This document shows, in pieces, positions 7,640 to 17,245 of a stretch of 32,558 bases of DNA. The position numbers and the translations under genes are program-made. Where the stretch lies: contig JAFGND010000085.1 in the NCBI GenBank assembly GCA_016927185.1, positions 1 through 32,558 on the forward strand. Direction: 5' to 3'. This DNA comes from Candidatus Coatesbacteria bacterium. Lineage in GTDB: Bacteria > JAFGND01. Below the pieces are notes generated by a model. It ran no database searches and was not told the origin of the DNA. It worked only from the letters and a program-made list of their open reading frames with translations. Numbering within the stretch: the first letter of the stretch is position 1; each line of letters starts with the position of its first letter.

Positions 7640-9072
7640 TGAAAAAGCTAATATTCTTTTTAATTGCTTTATCATTCAGCAGTGTCTTCCCTGCAAAAAA
7701 AGCAGATAATCCTGACGCAAATCTTTCCTTTCTTGCTGACATGTATTTCACTTCAGACAGATATGACACTGAAGGGCCTTTGCATTATGATTTGTTTTTC
7801 GCACCAGGAATAAAACTTCATTACAAGGAGATTTACGATTTCGAGGCAAAAACCTATGTTGATACTACAAGGAAAATCTATCTTGGTGATATTTACGGTC
7901 ATTTCATGTCTGGAGATATTGATGAATATTATGAAGGATATGGATATTACAAGAGAAATGTCTATTTCTTCAATTCACCTTTATTGAGATTGACAAATAC
8001 TGACAGTCTCTCAAGGAACTTCAATAATCAGGGAGTGAAACTTCATGGATTTGGATTCTTCGGATTTGATATTGACTATCTTATGAACTATAACAATGAG
8101 GTCAGGGTAGATACAACAATTATTCCGAGAAGAAACAGCCATATGTTTCATCTTGACAGCCCTGAAATAAGAGGTATTTCTTTAGGTGGATATCTTTATT
8201 ATAATCAGGAGCTCAAGGAATTACAGAGATTATCAGGTTTCTATTTAAGCTTGAAACCTCCACGCATAGCTCGTTTTACAGGTCAGTTTGCCAAGGGAAG
8301 AACTTTCGAAAGTCATGGGAATGCATATGCAATGGAGATAAGCGAGGCAAAGATAAGATTGCAGAAAACTGGATCATATAATATAAGAATGCTTGGATAC
8401 AGCTATACTCCAGAGTACAGGAATTGCCTTGGAGATTCTTTGCAGAACACAATGGGAATGGATTACAATTCCTATTTTGCAATGAAGGATTATTTGATTG
8501 ACTTTCCAGTATATGTTCATGCTGAAAGACAGATTGATTATACAGAAAAAGCTCCCATTGCAAGATGGGCAGTTTATAATGGATTTGCTTATACGGGAGT
8601 ACGTCTTGGATTGCTAAATGGAGTTATGCCAGAGATTTACGGTTTTTATGAATGGCTGAAGGTGAAAGATGCTGGTGACCCTTCTGATGTAAGATATGAA
8701 AAGTATTCAGGTACAAGCACAGTTATTGCTTGCAGATTCCAGAATGAAAATCTAATGGTAAGACCTTTACTGAAATTCTACAAACCTTCACTAGAACAAC
8801 TCGAAGGAGGCATGGAAACGGATATCTCATTAGTCAAGGGTTTGAATCTCCTTGCCAGGGTGAATTTCCAGAATGACCTTGAAAAAAGGGATTATAGATA
8901 TTACTATATAGAAACCCGCTACCAGCTAAGGAATTGGGCATTACTCAGAATTGGATATGGTGACGAGAATTTCGGAGCAAACAGACCAATGGGAGAAGAT
9001 ATTTCCTGGTATTTCCTGTATGACAGACCCGTACAGCATAAATGGTTTGGAGAGGCAAGTTTCTATTTTTAG
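7636..9072 (+). CDS. Hypothetical exported protein, probable outer-membrane beta-barrel
   Basis: Signal peptide MKKLIFFLIALSFSSVFP; Tyr/Phe/Gly-rich amphipathic strands; C-terminal WFGEASFYF resembles a beta-signal; start overlaps the upstream stop. Confidence 0.65.
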   Translation: MMKKLIFFLIALSFSSVFPAKKADNPDANLSFLADMYFTSDRYDTEGPLHYDLFFAPGIKLHYKEIYDFEAKTYVDTTRKIYLGDIYGHFMSGDIDEYYEGYGYYKRNVYFFNSPLLRLTNTDSLSRNFNNQGVKLHGFGFFGFDIDYLMNYNNEVRVDTTIIPRRNSHMFHLDSPEIRGISLGGYLYYNQELKELQRLSGFYLSLKPPRIARFTGQFAKGRTFESHGNAYAMEISEAKIRLQKTGSYNIRMLGYSYTPEYRNCLGDSLQNTMGMDYNSYFAMKDYLIDFPVYVHAERQIDYTEKAPIARWAVYNGFAYTGVRLGLLNGVMPEIYGFYEWLKVKDAGDPSDVRYEKYSGTSTVIACRFQNENLMVRPLLKFYKPSLEQLEGGMETDISLVKGLNLLARVNFQNDLEKRDYRYYYIETRYQLRNWALLRIGYGDENFGANRPMGEDISWYFLYDRPVQHKWFGEASFYF

Positions 9073-9077
9073 AGTTT

Positions 9078-10223
9078 ATGGGTATATTTGATAGTTTCAA
9101 GAGATCCTTGAAGGGATATGTTCCCTTGAAGAATGCTTTCACTCCTTTCAAGGCAGGTGGAATAGAGGCAAAAAACAGGTTTTTTCGCTCAGCTACCTGG
9201 CTTGGTCTTGCAGCTGAAAATGGTGAAGTAACTCAAGAATTAACAAAGAGATATAGCGACCTGGTTAGGGGTGATGTTGGCTTCATATGGACAGGACTTG
9301 TATCAGTATCCCCTGAAGGAGTCAACCTTCCAAGAATGCTGCAACTCCATTCGAAGCAACACATTGACTCTCTGGGAAGACTTGCAAGATCCATTACAAG
9401 GGCTGGTGGCAAGATAGGAATACAGTTAGCTCATGGCGGAGCAATGTCTAAGAGGGAATTCAATGGAAGAAAGCCTGTTTTAGCTCCTTCAGAAATAAGG
9501 GATCCGAGAACAAACGAGATAAAAGCTAATGAAATTTCAATACCGGAGATAATGAGGATAATTTCTGATTTCACTCATGCTGCAGGTGCTGCCAAAGCGA
9601 TGGGATTCAATGCAATACAACTTCACCTTGCACATGGTTTCCTGTTCAATCAATTTCTTTCTCCAAGATTTAACAAGAGATCGGATCAATATGGCGGGCA
9701 AAGAGATGGAAGAGCATTCATAATAAAACAGACACTGGAATATATAAGAAATGCTATTGGAAACGATTTTCCTATATGGGTAAAGATGAACTGTTCAGAT
9801 TTCGTTGCAAACGGACAGACCGAGGATGATGCTCTTTCTCTTGCATCTCATTTGATGGGATGGGGAGTGAATGGAATTGAGGTTTCTGGAGGAACTCCTG
9901 ATTCAGGCAAACTGGGACCATGCAGGGAAGTTTTCAAAACCATTGATGAAGCATATTTCCTTTCACTTGCCTTGAAAATAAAAAAGGTTTCCAGGTTACC
10001 TGTCATACTAGTTGGTGGAATTCGCTCTACAGGGATTATAGAGGATGTCTTGATTAAGGGAATTGATGGTATATCATTATCTAGACCGTTGATATGTGAA
10101 CCCTTACTTGTGAAGAGATTTTCTGAAGGAGATTTATCGCCATCCATATGCCTTTCATGTAATGAATGTTTCAGATACAGTTATGAAAGCGGAGCTGCTT
10201 GTGCACAATTTGTTGAAGAATGA
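9078..10223 (+). CDS. NADH:flavin oxidoreductase (Old Yellow Enzyme family)
   Basis: KNRFFRSAT, IQLAHGG, GFNAIQLHLAHGFLFNQFLSP..NKRSDQYGG, VGGIRS, SLSRPLICEP; C-terminal CLSCNEC...C. Confidence 0.9.
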   Translation: MGIFDSFKRSLKGYVPLKNAFTPFKAGGIEAKNRFFRSATWLGLAAENGEVTQELTKRYSDLVRGDVGFIWTGLVSVSPEGVNLPRMLQLHSKQHIDSLGRLARSITRAGGKIGIQLAHGGAMSKREFNGRKPVLAPSEIRDPRTNEIKANEISIPEIMRIISDFTHAAGAAKAMGFNAIQLHLAHGFLFNQFLSPRFNKRSDQYGGQRDGRAFIIKQTLEYIRNAIGNDFPIWVKMNCSDFVANGQTEDDALSLASHLMGWGVNGIEVSGGTPDSGKLGPCREVFKTIDEAYFLSLALKIKKVSRLPVILVGGIRSTGIIEDVLIKGIDGISLSRPLICEPLLVKRFSEGDLSPSICLSCNECFRYSYESGAACAQFVEE

Positions 10224-10227
10224 TAAC

Positions 10228-11352
10228 ATGGACGTGTGTTGCCCATGGGAGAAAGAAGCCAGGGCTTATACCATAGAGAATATATACTGGTCTTTTATTT
10301 CTGAACTGGTAAAAGCAATGGTTCTTCTTGTATTCTATTTTTCTGCTTATTCAATGAATTTTGTTGAATATATTTCACAGCTTTTCAATGGAAACATATA
10401 TCTTGTTTTCTTCTTCTATTTTCTCATAACTTATTTAGGTGAAAGGATTTTAGACTTTTATTTTAATATGAAACTGAGTTACCTGATTGAACATAAATAT
10501 GGTTTTTCTGTAGAAACAATGGGTGCCTGGCTGAAGGATCAGGCAAAAGGATTGGGAGTAGGTTTCATAATCGGATTGATAGTAATTGCATTCCTGTTCA
10601 AGAGTTTTGATTTGTTTGGTAACTGGTGGTGGTTTCCTGCCTCAATGGGAATGATAGTATTTGCTGTAATACTTGCCAATTTATTCCCGATTGTCTTGAT
10701 TCCCTTGTTTTTCAAACTGACACCAATTGAGGATGAGGAATTGAAGGAATTGCTTACAAACCTGAACAGGAAAGCCGGTATTAAAGTGAAAGGCTTTCAC
10801 AGTATAAATCTTTCTAGCAAGACAATAAAACAGAATGCAATGCTGGCAGGATTATTCAACACAAAACGTGTTATCATAAGTGATACACTTCTTAATGAGT
10901 CATCAAGAAATGAAATCGAGGCGGTTATAGCACATGAACTGGGACATCATAAAGCAAAACACATGATAAAGAAGATATTTTTTTCATCCCTGCATATCTT
11001 GCTGCTTTTTGTTTTAATTGATTATTTCATGAAGTTTTTTATTCCAGAATTCCCGAATGATTTCAAGAAAACACTTGCAGGATTTCCATTGTTCATTGTA
11101 ATATCAATGATACTGGGAGTTATATTGAAACCTGTTTCTCTTTATATATCAAGGTTTTATGAAAGCAAGGCTGATGAACTCGCTCTTGAACTATGTTCAG
11201 ATCCTTCATCATTGTCACTCGTTCTCTATAAACTGGCAGAAAAGAACAAGGAATGGCTTTCTCCTCCATCATGGATTGTCTGGTTTATGTATGGTCATCC
11301 ACCAATGAAAGATAGACTGAAGAACTGCAGGAATAAGGAGAGAAATGCCTAG
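10228..11352 (+). CDS. M48 family (Ste24/CAAX-type) membrane zinc metalloprotease
   Basis: HELGHH zinc motif, NAMLAGL...KRVIISDTLL, SRFYESKAD, HPP..DRL; multiple TM helices. Confidence 0.9.
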   Translation: MDVCCPWEKEARAYTIENIYWSFISELVKAMVLLVFYFSAYSMNFVEYISQLFNGNIYLVFFFYFLITYLGERILDFYFNMKLSYLIEHKYGFSVETMGAWLKDQAKGLGVGFIIGLIVIAFLFKSFDLFGNWWWFPASMGMIVFAVILANLFPIVLIPLFFKLTPIEDEELKELLTNLNRKAGIKVKGFHSINLSSKTIKQNAMLAGLFNTKRVIISDTLLNESSRNEIEAVIAHELGHHKAKHMIKKIFFSSLHILLLFVLIDYFMKFFIPEFPNDFKKTLAGFPLFIVISMILGVILKPVSLYISRFYESKADELALELCSDPSSLSLVLYKLAEKNKEWLSPPSWIVWFMYGHPPMKDRLKNCRNKERNA

Positions 11353-13021
11353 CCTTGTTTTCACTGACAGTTCTGGACAAGCAGTAAATCAGTCGCTTGA
11401 TGCTTTCCCATTCAAAATCGGAAGGGTTAGTGACAATAATATAGTGCTTCTTTCTGCAATTGTATCAAGATATCATGCCCAGATAGTAAAAGTTCAGGGG
11501 AAATATTACATAGAGGATCTTGAAAGCGTAAACGGTGTTTTCCTCAATGGCATAAGGGTTGCCAAAGTGGCTCTCAAGTACGGGGATCAGATAAAAATAG
11601 GCAACACTGTTTTCACATTCATGGAAACTGAGATTGCTGATGGATTTTCGACAACAACTGATGGTGATGAGGCTACTAACCAGGAAATCAAGGAATTCGA
11701 TTTGCATATAAGAAGACTTGAGGATATTTTCTTTCAGGTTTCACCATCACTATCCAGTCCCAAGATAAACATTGAAGCAAGCCAGCTTTTCCGTAAGTTA
11801 AACAGGAATTTCAAGAAACTGATAAAGGAAGCTGAAATAAGGCATACTTTATATGATGTTTCAAGGCTTATAGCAAGCGTATATGATATGCAGGTTCTGC
11901 TTAACCTGGTAATGGATCTGGCATTAAAGGCAATAAAAGCTGAGCGCGGATTTGTCTTGATGAAAAATGAAAAGGGAGATCTGGAAGTAAAAGTTGCAAG
12001 GCTGATGGAAGATGACATCAAGGAATTTGAGGGAGTTGGCATATCACAATCAATTGCAGGCAAGGTAGTAGAGAAAGGTGAACCGATACTCACTTTTGAT
12101 GCAGCAACTGATCCCAGATTTTCCAATCAGGAGTCAATAATATCTCACAATATCAAATCTGTGCTTTGTGTTCCATTGAAAGGAAGAGATGGTGAAACAT
12201 TTGGAGTTATCTATGCAGATAACAAGGGAGGACTTGAAAACAAGAAAGTTTTCAGGCAGGAGGATCTAGAGTTTTTTGTTGCTTTCGCTAATCAAAGTGC
12301 AATTGCCATAGAGAACGCCAGTTTGTATGAGAAAGTCAGAAAAGAAGAGCAGATGAGACTTACCCTTGCAAGATACCTTTCTCCTCAAATAGTAGAGCAG
12401 GTTCTTCATGCTCCAGGTGAAATGCAGCTTGGTGGTGTGAAAAAGCATGTAACTGTCTTGTTTGCAGATATAAGAAACTTCACCCCAACTACTGAGCAAG
12501 TTGATTCAAATCTACTCGTAACTCTTCTGAATGAGTATTTCACTATAATGACCCAGACAGTCTTTGAATTCGAGGGAACTCTTGACAAGTATCTGGGTGA
12601 TGGATTGATGGCAGTTTTCGGTGCTCCATTCAGTCATCCTGACGATGAGCTGCGAGCCATAAATTCAGCAATAAAAATGCAGTCTCTTGTAGAGAATCTG
12701 AAGAAAGGTTGGAAATCAAGAGGATTCTCAGATTTATTCAGCAGTGATTTCTATATTGGCATTGGTATATCAACAGGTGAAGTGATTTCAGGAAATATAG
12801 GGAGCTATAGTAGAATGGATTATACTGTAATAGGAGATACTGTCAATCTTTCAAGCAGGCTATCCCACATTGCATGCAAGGGACAGATACTGATAAGTGA
12901 GGATACTTACAAGTTTGTCAAAAACAGGATAGAAGTAAATGAACTGCCAATGCAGAAAATCAAAGGTAAGGAACACCAGATCAAGATTTATGAAGTAGTC
13001 TGTACAACAATCAGGAAATGA
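11345..13021 (+). CDS. FHA-GAF-class III adenylate cyclase
   Basis: FHA (IGRVSDN..VSRYHA..DLESVNG), GAF (SVLCVPL...GVIYAD...FANQSAIAIENA) and cyclase domains (VLFADIRNFT, DKYLGDGLMAVFGAP, DYTVIGDTVNLSSRL). The Lys/Asp specificity residues indicate ATP as substrate. Confidence 0.92.
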   Translation: MPSLVFTDSSGQAVNQSLDAFPFKIGRVSDNNIVLLSAIVSRYHAQIVKVQGKYYIEDLESVNGVFLNGIRVAKVALKYGDQIKIGNTVFTFMETEIADGFSTTTDGDEATNQEIKEFDLHIRRLEDIFFQVSPSLSSPKINIEASQLFRKLNRNFKKLIKEAEIRHTLYDVSRLIASVYDMQVLLNLVMDLALKAIKAERGFVLMKNEKGDLEVKVARLMEDDIKEFEGVGISQSIAGKVVEKGEPILTFDAATDPRFSNQESIISHNIKSVLCVPLKGRDGETFGVIYADNKGGLENKKVFRQEDLEFFVAFANQSAIAIENASLYEKVRKEEQMRLTLARYLSPQIVEQVLHAPGEMQLGGVKKHVTVLFADIRNFTPTTEQVDSNLLVTLLNEYFTIMTQTVFEFEGTLDKYLGDGLMAVFGAPFSHPDDELRAINSAIKMQSLVENLKKGWKSRGFSDLFSSDFYIGIGISTGEVISGNIGSYSRMDYTVIGDTVNLSSRLSHIACKGQILISEDTYKFVKNRIEVNELPMQKIKGKEHQIKIYEVVCTTIRK

Positions 13022-13024
13022 TGA

Positions 13025-13744
13025 ATGATAAGCCTGTCTTTTAGTGAACTATTGATTATAATAGAAAAACTTGCTCTTGCTGCTGCCTTGGGAGCTTTGA
13101 TTGGACTAGAGAGAGATTCAAAAGGACGAGCAGCAGGACTGAGAACACAGATTCTGGTTTCACTTGGTTCAGCGCTTTTAATGATTCTTTCCATACATAT
13201 TGTTGATATAACAATATATAACTCATTACCAGAAGCATTGAGAACGGATCCAGGGAGAATAGCTGCCCAGATAATAACTGGCATAGGTTTTCTGGGAGCT
13301 GGTGCAATTATCAAATCAGGGATTAATGTAAGAGGGCTCACTACTGCCAGTTGCATATGGGTTTCTTCCGGAGTAGGAATGACATGCGGGATGGGATATT
13401 ACGAAATTGCAGCTATTGCCACTACTTTTGCAGTTTTTTCGCTTATTTTTCTTAACTACTTTGAAAGATACTACTCGAAAGATTCATGGAGAGAGCTTGT
13501 AGTGGAAGTGGAATATTCAGAAGATATAATAGATGAAGTTATAAAGGCTGTAAAGGAAAAGGATGTACTTATTCATTATTGTCAGTATACAAAAGACTTC
13601 AATACGAAAACAATAAGAATAATATTGAGCATAAAACTCCATGAAAAAGGGATAGTAGACAAGCAATCTCACAGGATAATTCAGAACCTGGAATCAAAAA
13701 TCACTGGATTGAAGAAAATTTCGTGGCTGCAGAAAAAGGATTGA
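13025..13744 (+). CDS. MgtC/SapB family membrane protein
   Basis: LGALIGLER...AGLRT, DPGRIAAQIITGIGFLGAGAI, GLTTASCIW; ACT-like C-terminal tail. Confidence 0.92.
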   Translation: MISLSFSELLIIIEKLALAAALGALIGLERDSKGRAAGLRTQILVSLGSALLMILSIHIVDITIYNSLPEALRTDPGRIAAQIITGIGFLGAGAIIKSGINVRGLTTASCIWVSSGVGMTCGMGYYEIAAIATTFAVFSLIFLNYFERYYSKDSWRELVVEVEYSEDIIDEVIKAVKEKDVLIHYCQYTKDFNTKTIRIILSIKLHEKGIVDKQSHRIIQNLESKITGLKKISWLQKKD

Positions 13745-14415
13745 AAAGAGCAGTTGTCCTGCTTTCAGGTGGTCTAGATTCTTCTACCTGCTTGTTGATA
13801 GCAAAAAAAGATGGATTTCAGCCAATTGCATTGAGTTTTTTCTATAATCAGAGGCATGCGGTAGAGATTGAAATGGCTTCAAGACTTGCAATTTCTAATG
13901 AGGCAGAACATTTCATCTTGAATCTCCCGCTTGATGTAATAGGAGGAAGTGCATTGACTGATGATATTGATGTGCCTGAATCTGAGCCTTTAGATGGTGA
14001 AATACCGCTTACTTATGTTCCTGCAAGAAATCTCATTTTCCTCAGTCTTGCACTTGCTTTTGCTGAGACAAGAAATGCAGAGAGGATTTATATAGGAATA
14101 AACAGCCTTGATTTCTCTAATTATCCTGATTGCAGAATGGATTTTCTCAGTAAATTCAGTGAGATTTCTGTTTTGGCTACCAGGGCAGGAAGGGAAGGGA
14201 AGAAAATAGAAATAAAAGCCCCGCTTCAGAATATGAAGAAGTCAGAAATAGTAAAGCTAGCCGATGAGCTGGGACTTGATTTTTCGTTAACTAGCAGCTG
14301 CTATAATCCTGACAGGCAGGGATTAGCTTGCGGGGTTTGCGCCAGCTGCAGATTGAGAATCAAGGGTTTCAAGGAAGCTGGCATTCTTGACAAGATAAAC
14401 TATGAGAAACAGTAG
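13723..14415 (+). CDS. queC: 7-cyano-7-deazaguanine synthase (start 13723 or TTG 13741)
   Basis: VLLSGGLDSST, YNQRH, TYVPARNLIFLS, YPDCR, SCY...CGVCASCRLR. Confidence 0.95.
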   Translation: MAAEKGLKRAVVLLSGGLDSSTCLLIAKKDGFQPIALSFFYNQRHAVEIEMASRLAISNEAEHFILNLPLDVIGGSALTDDIDVPESEPLDGEIPLTYVPARNLIFLSLALAFAETRNAERIYIGINSLDFSNYPDCRMDFLSKFSEISVLATRAGREGKKIEIKAPLQNMKKSEIVKLADELGLDFSLTSSCYNPDRQGLACGVCASCRLRIKGFKEAGILDKINYEKQ

Positions 14416-14547
14416 CATCTCCATGATATATAAGCATAAAATATTATATAGCAATGCTTTACAGGGGCAATATACAAAACACTTGACTAAAATACGGGCT
14501 TTTAGAATGAAGAGAAGCCCTAAAACAAGTTAAATCAAGGGATTGAA

Positions 14548-15432
14548 GTGCTTTACAGTATGACTGGAATTTCTACAGAACATTTATGTCTGGGATATAA
14601 TAATTACCAGATAGATCTTTATTCGCTTAACAGCAAGTATCTTGATATAAGACTCATATTACCTTCAGAAATAAGAGCACTTGAGTATAAAATTAACAAG
14701 TATCTTTCAGACAATCTTGCGAGAGGCAAGATAACTCTTTGCATAAGAAAACTGATGAACAAGAAACTGGATTACAGCAAGGATTATAATCTGGATTTCC
14801 TGAAAGAAATAAAGAAGGAGATTTGTTTTATTGCTGAATCTCTGGATTTGAATGAAGATATAAAGCTTGAGCTGGTTTTGAACAGGTATGATGACAAGAT
14901 TGCTGAGCTGAAGGATGAGATTGATGAGGAAATAGAGAAGGCATTATTCACTCAACTTGAGAAACAGGTGGCAAATCTCTGGCTGAGAAGGGAAGAAGAA
15001 GGAAGTGTATTAGAGAAAGATATTAAATCAATTCTTGAGGAAATAGCCGAAACTATAAATCATATAAGGGAAATAGAACCTGACAGACTAACAAGGCAGA
15101 GAAACAAGCTTAAAGAACAGATTTGTTCATTGATGGATTCTCAGGAAATCCCTGCAGAAAGACTGGAACAGGAAATAATTTTTTACGCAGAAAAACTGAG
15201 TATTCATGAAGAACTGATAAGGCTTTCTTCTCATATAAATCATTTCGAGGAAACTTTAAAGATTGAGAACAGGAAACTGAAAGGAAAGGAACTAACTTTT
15301 ATTTCCCAGGAAATGCTGCGTGAAATAAATACTGTATGCAGCAAAGCTAATGATCTTGATATAATAAGGTATTCAGTGCAGATCAAGTCATTGATTGACA
15401 AGATAAAAGAACAAATAGAAAACATAATTTAG
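14548..15432 (+). CDS. yicC: YicC/YloC family endoribonuclease
   Basis: YSMTG, SLNSKYLDI, LARGKI, RLEQEI..YAEK.SIHEELIRLSSH, GKELTFISQEMLREINTVCSKA. Confidence 0.9.
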   Translation: MLYSMTGISTEHLCLGYNNYQIDLYSLNSKYLDIRLILPSEIRALEYKINKYLSDNLARGKITLCIRKLMNKKLDYSKDYNLDFLKEIKKEICFIAESLDLNEDIKLELVLNRYDDKIAELKDEIDEEIEKALFTQLEKQVANLWLRREEEGSVLEKDIKSILEEIAETINHIREIEPDRLTRQRNKLKEQICSLMDSQEIPAERLEQEIIFYAEKLSIHEELIRLSSHINHFEETLKIENRKLKGKELTFISQEMLREINTVCSKANDLDIIRYSVQIKSLIDKIKEQIENII

Positions 15433-15440
15433 GAGTTTAA

Positions 15441-15668
15441 ATGGAGAAAGAGAAACGCGATTTCAAGGCATTGACTTTTTTTCTGAATAAGTATGAAGCA
15501 GTCAATGTAATTTCAAAAGAGGCAAGACGACTAAATGCTATTGAACCAATATTCAGGCAATTTCCCTCAGACAAGAAGGTTACTGTTCTAGCTTTAGAAC
15601 GTTCTGCTGATGGTCTTGTCGGGAAAACGATTCCCGTGATTGTCGAGGAAGACAAAAAGAAGAAATAG
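15441..15668 (+). CDS. rpoZ: Probable RNA polymerase omega subunit
   Basis: NKYEAVNVISKEARRLN...KVTVLAL resembles the omega consensus; AGGAG RBS; lies after yicC as in yicC-(gmk)-rpoZ. Confidence 0.6.
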   Translation: MEKEKRDFKALTFFLNKYEAVNVISKEARRLNAIEPIFRQFPSDKKVTVLALERSADGLVGKTIPVIVEEDKKKK

Positions 15669-16337
15669 TTGACAGAAACTCTTCGTTTATTTTTACCAGG
15701 GGAAGAAGCTGTTTTAGAAAGCCTTGAATGGAAGAGAAAACCTGATAAAATCTATCTTGTCAAGGAATCTGACATTAGTAAACTGAGATCTTTCAGCAAT
15801 TTTCAGCTAGTTTCAGAGAGAATGCTGAGAAAACTTACTGAGCTCAAGACTTCCTCTTCAATGGCAGCAGAATTCAGCTGGAAAAGCACCAATATAAGAG
15901 ATTTTCCAGAAACAGGGAAATTCGTGCTGTTTGACAGAATTCAGGACCCCGGGAATGTAGGTTCAATGATAAGGACTTGCTTTGCTGCAGGTATATCAGG
16001 AATATTCTTGAGTCCAGAATGTGCAAAGCTTGCCAATCCCAAGACATTCAGAGCGTCAAGAGGAGCCTATTTTTTCATGAACATCCATGAAAAAACGAAT
16101 ATAGAAACAGCAAGAGATTTCATAACCAGGCATAATCTGAAAGTCTTTATTACACGCAAGAACAAAGGTAAGCTGTTCAGCCTTCCTGATAATTCCCTTT
16201 TGATAATGGGTAATGAGGCAAAAGGGGTAAGCAGGGAATACAATTCACTGGAGCATGACAATATATCTATTCCAATGAACGATGATTGCGATTCATTGAA
16301 TGTTTCAGTGTCATTGGGGATAATACTTTATGCTTGA
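15669..16337 (+). CDS. TrmH/SpoU family RNA methyltransferase
   Basis: IQDPGNVGSMIRT, RASRGA, IMGNEAKGVS, IPM...DSLNVSVS. Confidence 0.9.
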   Translation: MTETLRLFLPGEEAVLESLEWKRKPDKIYLVKESDISKLRSFSNFQLVSERMLRKLTELKTSSSMAAEFSWKSTNIRDFPETGKFVLFDRIQDPGNVGSMIRTCFAAGISGIFLSPECAKLANPKTFRASRGAYFFMNIHEKTNIETARDFITRHNLKVFITRKNKGKLFSLPDNSLLIMGNEAKGVSREYNSLEHDNISIPMNDDCDSLNVSVSLGIILYA

Positions 16338-17245
16338 TGGAAGAAAGGAATATGGCATCATCTAAACCATCGTGGCTCAAGAAGAAACATTCAGCTCCTG
16401 GAAATTACATTTTCACAAGGCATTTGCTGAAGGATCTGAATATCAACACAGTTTGTGATGAAGCCCATTGCCCCAACAGAAATGATTGCTTTGGAGACAA
16501 GAATGCAACATTTCTTCTGCTTGGAAAGTATTGTACAAGGAATTGCCTTTTTTGCAGTATAGAACATGATATGTCTAAATTGCATATTGATGAGCTTGAA
16601 CCTCAGCGGATTGCTCTTGCAGTCCAAAGAATGCAACTTAAGTATGTCGTACTGACATCTGTCACAAGAGACGATCTTGAAGATGGTGGTGCAGGCATGT
16701 TCATCAGGACTGTGGAGGAAATCCGTAAACTGATGAATGACATCAAAATAGAGGTGCTGATACCTGATTTTAACGGAAATCTGAAACCTCTTCAAGATAT
16801 TCTTGACATTAAACCCGCAATACTTAACCATAATATTGAAATGATAAAGGAGCTTTACCCGATTTACAGACCATATTCAAGCTATTTTCGTTCACTTGAG
16901 CTTCTTAGTAATGCGAATTCCATCTCTGAAATCCCTGTCAAGACTGGCTTCATGGTCGGTCTGGGAGAAAGCAAGGAACAGATAGAATCTCTGCTTGAAG
17001 ATATCCATGAATGCGGTGTTGATATATTGACTATAGGGCAGTACATAGCCCCAACATCTTTTCATGCAAGACCAGTCAGATATTATCATCCAGCAGAATT
17101 TGATGAATTGAAGCAAATAGCAAATGATTCAGGAATTAGGCATGTATTGTCGGGACCATTCGTAAGAAGTTCTTTTAAAGCTTATGATACTTATATGAAT
17201 TTAAACAAATCTGATATGGAAATGTTAGAAAAGGAGAAACAATGA
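16337..17245 (+). CDS. lipA: Lipoyl synthase
   Basis: KPSWLK, CDEAHCPNRNDC, CTRNCLFC, TSVTRDDLEDGGA, NHNIE, TIGQY, GPFVRSSF. Start 16337 or 16352. Confidence 0.95.
   Translation: MEERNMASSKPSWLKKKHSAPGNYIFTRHLLKDLNINTVCDEAHCPNRNDCFGDKNATFLLLGKYCTRNCLFCSIEHDMSKLHIDELEPQRIALAVQRMQLKYVVLTSVTRDDLEDGGAGMFIRTVEEIRKLMNDIKIEVLIPDFNGNLKPLQDILDIKPAILNHNIEMIKELYPIYRPYSSYFRSLELLSNANSISEIPVKTGFMVGLGESKEQIESLLEDIHECGVDILTIGQYIAPTSFHARPVRYYHPAEFDELKQIANDSGIRHVLSGPFVRSSFKAYDTYMNLNKSDMEMLEKEKQ

Noticed and set aside
13723-14415. QueC-based defence system (Qat, CBASS type IV or Dpd)
   Set aside because: Canonical short QueC in a housekeeping context, with no QatA/B/D, CD-NTase or TGT-like partner nearby.
16337-17245. 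Radical SAM maturase for the peptide
   Set aside because: It has all LipA motifs (CX4CX5C, RSS) and no RRE or SPASM domain.
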